DNA of 64,000 bases from Glycera tridactyla. Lineage: Eukaryota. The DNA is taken from positions 22,134,001 through 22,198,000 of the forward strand of contig OZ286462.1 of assembly GCA_965644265.1 (NCBI GenBank), written 5' to 3'. The position numbers and the translations under genes are program-made. Positions 61,960 to 64,000 of this stretch are shown here, in pieces. The notes beneath the pieces were generated by a model that saw only the letters and a program-made list of their open reading frames with translations, was not told the DNA's origin and made no database searches. Each line of letters starts with the position of its first letter. Within the stretch, counting starts at the first letter, position 1.

Positions 61960-64000
61960 TAATCTAAACTATATACATACAATTTTTAACAATTCAGTTC
62001 AACTCGCATCATATGACAAACACATCTGTGTATAAAAGTACTATACTGGTACTGCCCTTCATGAAATGAACAGGGTTTCAAAACTGGTTGCAATTTGGGT
62101 CACCACACCCCATATTACCATATGGTGTGTCAGACTGCTGACGATTTGACTGTATTCACCAAATGCCTTCCGCATAATTCCAATCATCTGGTCATAACAA
62201 CAACTTACTGTCATACAGATGACTATAGGTGGACTGCCAATCACTGCCTCTAGTTCACAGATCACATGGTCATCAATAAGTGCTGATAATACTGGTTATG
62301 CTAAGTTGTTTGTAAACACAAAGAGAGACTGTCTACTGTCTTTTACTCTCTTTTTAAAAACTGGTAAGCTATCTGTGTCCTTAGTGATTGCCGGGACGCT
62401 ATTATATAAACGTGCTCCTCGTACACACAGCCCGTCATCACTAATCATGGTGTTAGATCTTGGGATAGTCAGCAGCCCCTGGGTATGGCTCCTTGTTAAA
62501 GGACCCTCCCTTACTTCCCTAGCTTCAAATATCCCATTAAGGGGGGGGGTGGATAAATGTTGTGGATACAACTGAATACATACACTGCCATGTGATCATC
62601 CCTGCGTTCATGTAACATTGGGAGTCGAAGCTGCTGGTGCATCTCCCTTATTGGGGTCAGGGCATCCACTTGCAGTACAATACGGCAGCCAGCATTTTGC
62701 ACTCATTGTAAACGCAGTTGGTTATTTGCTCCCACGCACCCATGAGCCATATCCCCGTAATCCAATGTAGTTATTGAAAGTTTCTGCATACAATTTGCTG
62801 CTGTATTTACAATATGTTTATCAAAGCTGAGTTGTGGCTCCAGATAGATCCCCAAGTACTTAAATTCCTCCACTCTCTCAATGATAATTCCATCCATCAC
62901 CATGGTCATGTTATGGTATTTTATGAGATTTGGTGAGGTACCAAATACCATCCATTTAGTTTTTGCTGCATTTAATGTCAGCTTATTGTTGTGTAGCCAT
63001 GATTCAGCTTCAATAATGGCCATTTGCAGGTTAAATCCAAATTCATCAGGATCGCTAGATGTGGTGTACAGGATAGTATCGTTTGTGTACATTCGCACAT
63101 GACAACTTTCAATATAATCTGGCAGATCATTAATATAAATGACAAACATGAGTGGCCCCAGGATTGAACCTTTGGGCACGCAACAGGTGATATTGCGTTC
63201 ATCGGAGAACTCCCCACGGACCCTGGTTACTTGCGTTCGGCCAGTGAGGTAGCTTTTTTCAGGTCCAGGTAGACCGCCCCAGTAGCACGTCCCTGATCCA
63301 TTCCCTTCCATATCTCCTCCAAAATTGTCAGGAGGCACGTGCTAGTGGAGTGGCCCTTCCTGAACCCAGATTGCATTCCACTCAGATTCCACTCAGCAAA
63401 TCATGAGACCGAAGAAAATCATATAGTTGGCTATGAACAGCTCTTTCCATAACTTTGCTTAACACGGGCAAGACACTCACAGGCCTATAATTACCGACCT
63501 CCATGCGGCTCCAACCCTTGTATATTGGACAGACAATTGCCCTCTTGAACTCACCCGGTATCTGGTTGTTCTTGATAGTTAAATTTATTATATGTGTAAG
63601 TGGGCTCAGAATAATACCAATGGCTCCTTTCAACAATCGAGCAGGGATGCCATCAAACCCGGTTGCCTTAGAGTCAGAAATGCTCATGAGCTCCCTTTCC
63701 ACAAAAGTGCCATCTACCTCCCTAATGTTAAAACCACTGGCACCCTCCGGGATTTTTGCTAGCAAATCAGTCTGGATACCGCTCAGAAAAATAATCATTA
63801 ACAGCTGTGGCAATCTTACTGGGTTCAGTCTCATCCCCTAGTTTGTTCAGTTCCGTTGCTAGTCGTGAATTCAGTAGCAGGCGTCTGAGAGTCGCCCACA
63901 GTTTCCTATAGTCGTGCTTGTACCGTAACAGTGCTGTAGTAAAGTATGTCCATTTCAGGTTTCTCTTCAATGTCGTTGTTCTGTTTCTGGCGATTCTATA
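61960..64000 (-). mobile_element. Frameshifted CR1/L2-group LINE ORF2 (RT) in lectin copy 3 intron 1, runs off the window
   Basis: KATGFDGIP, NYRPVSVLP, PKGSILGP, YTND, FKYLG and RGARLYN occur across ORFs 63382-63834, 62703-63338, 62511-62702 and 62296-62571. Confidence 0.88.

Overview
AT-rich, CpG-poor, intron-containing eukaryotic DNA with three N gaps. By repeat and gene style it is probably a marine lophotrochozoan invertebrate (inference). The host layer is a tandem cluster of three paralogous + strand genes for secreted proteins with a Cys-rich N-terminal domain and a C-type lectin domain. Copies 1 and 2 are complete three-exon ORFs; only coding exon 1 of copy 3 is in the window. Intron 1 of copy 2 is 27.8 kb (1.1 kb in copy 1) because it holds a candidate 26-kb DNA transposon (13999-40057). 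This element has 56-bp terminal inverted repeats, a 4-bp AATA flanking duplication and inverted subterminal arrays of a 16-bp perfect palindrome. Inside are a 9-exon Sola-like DDD transposase (- strand), a 9-exon intact ParB-like gene (+ strand) and a central 6.2-kb tRNA-derived satellite. A ParB-like gene together with parS-like palindrome arrays in a eukaryotic transposon is the main lead. The right third is CR1/L2-group LINEs. One near-full-length copy has three ORFs (ORF1, a separate SGNH esterase ORF, and EN-RT ORF2), and its esterase appears linked to ORF1 by a TAATG overlap and a 227-nt intron. All gene models were spliced and translated by hand; family names come from motif recall, not database searches.
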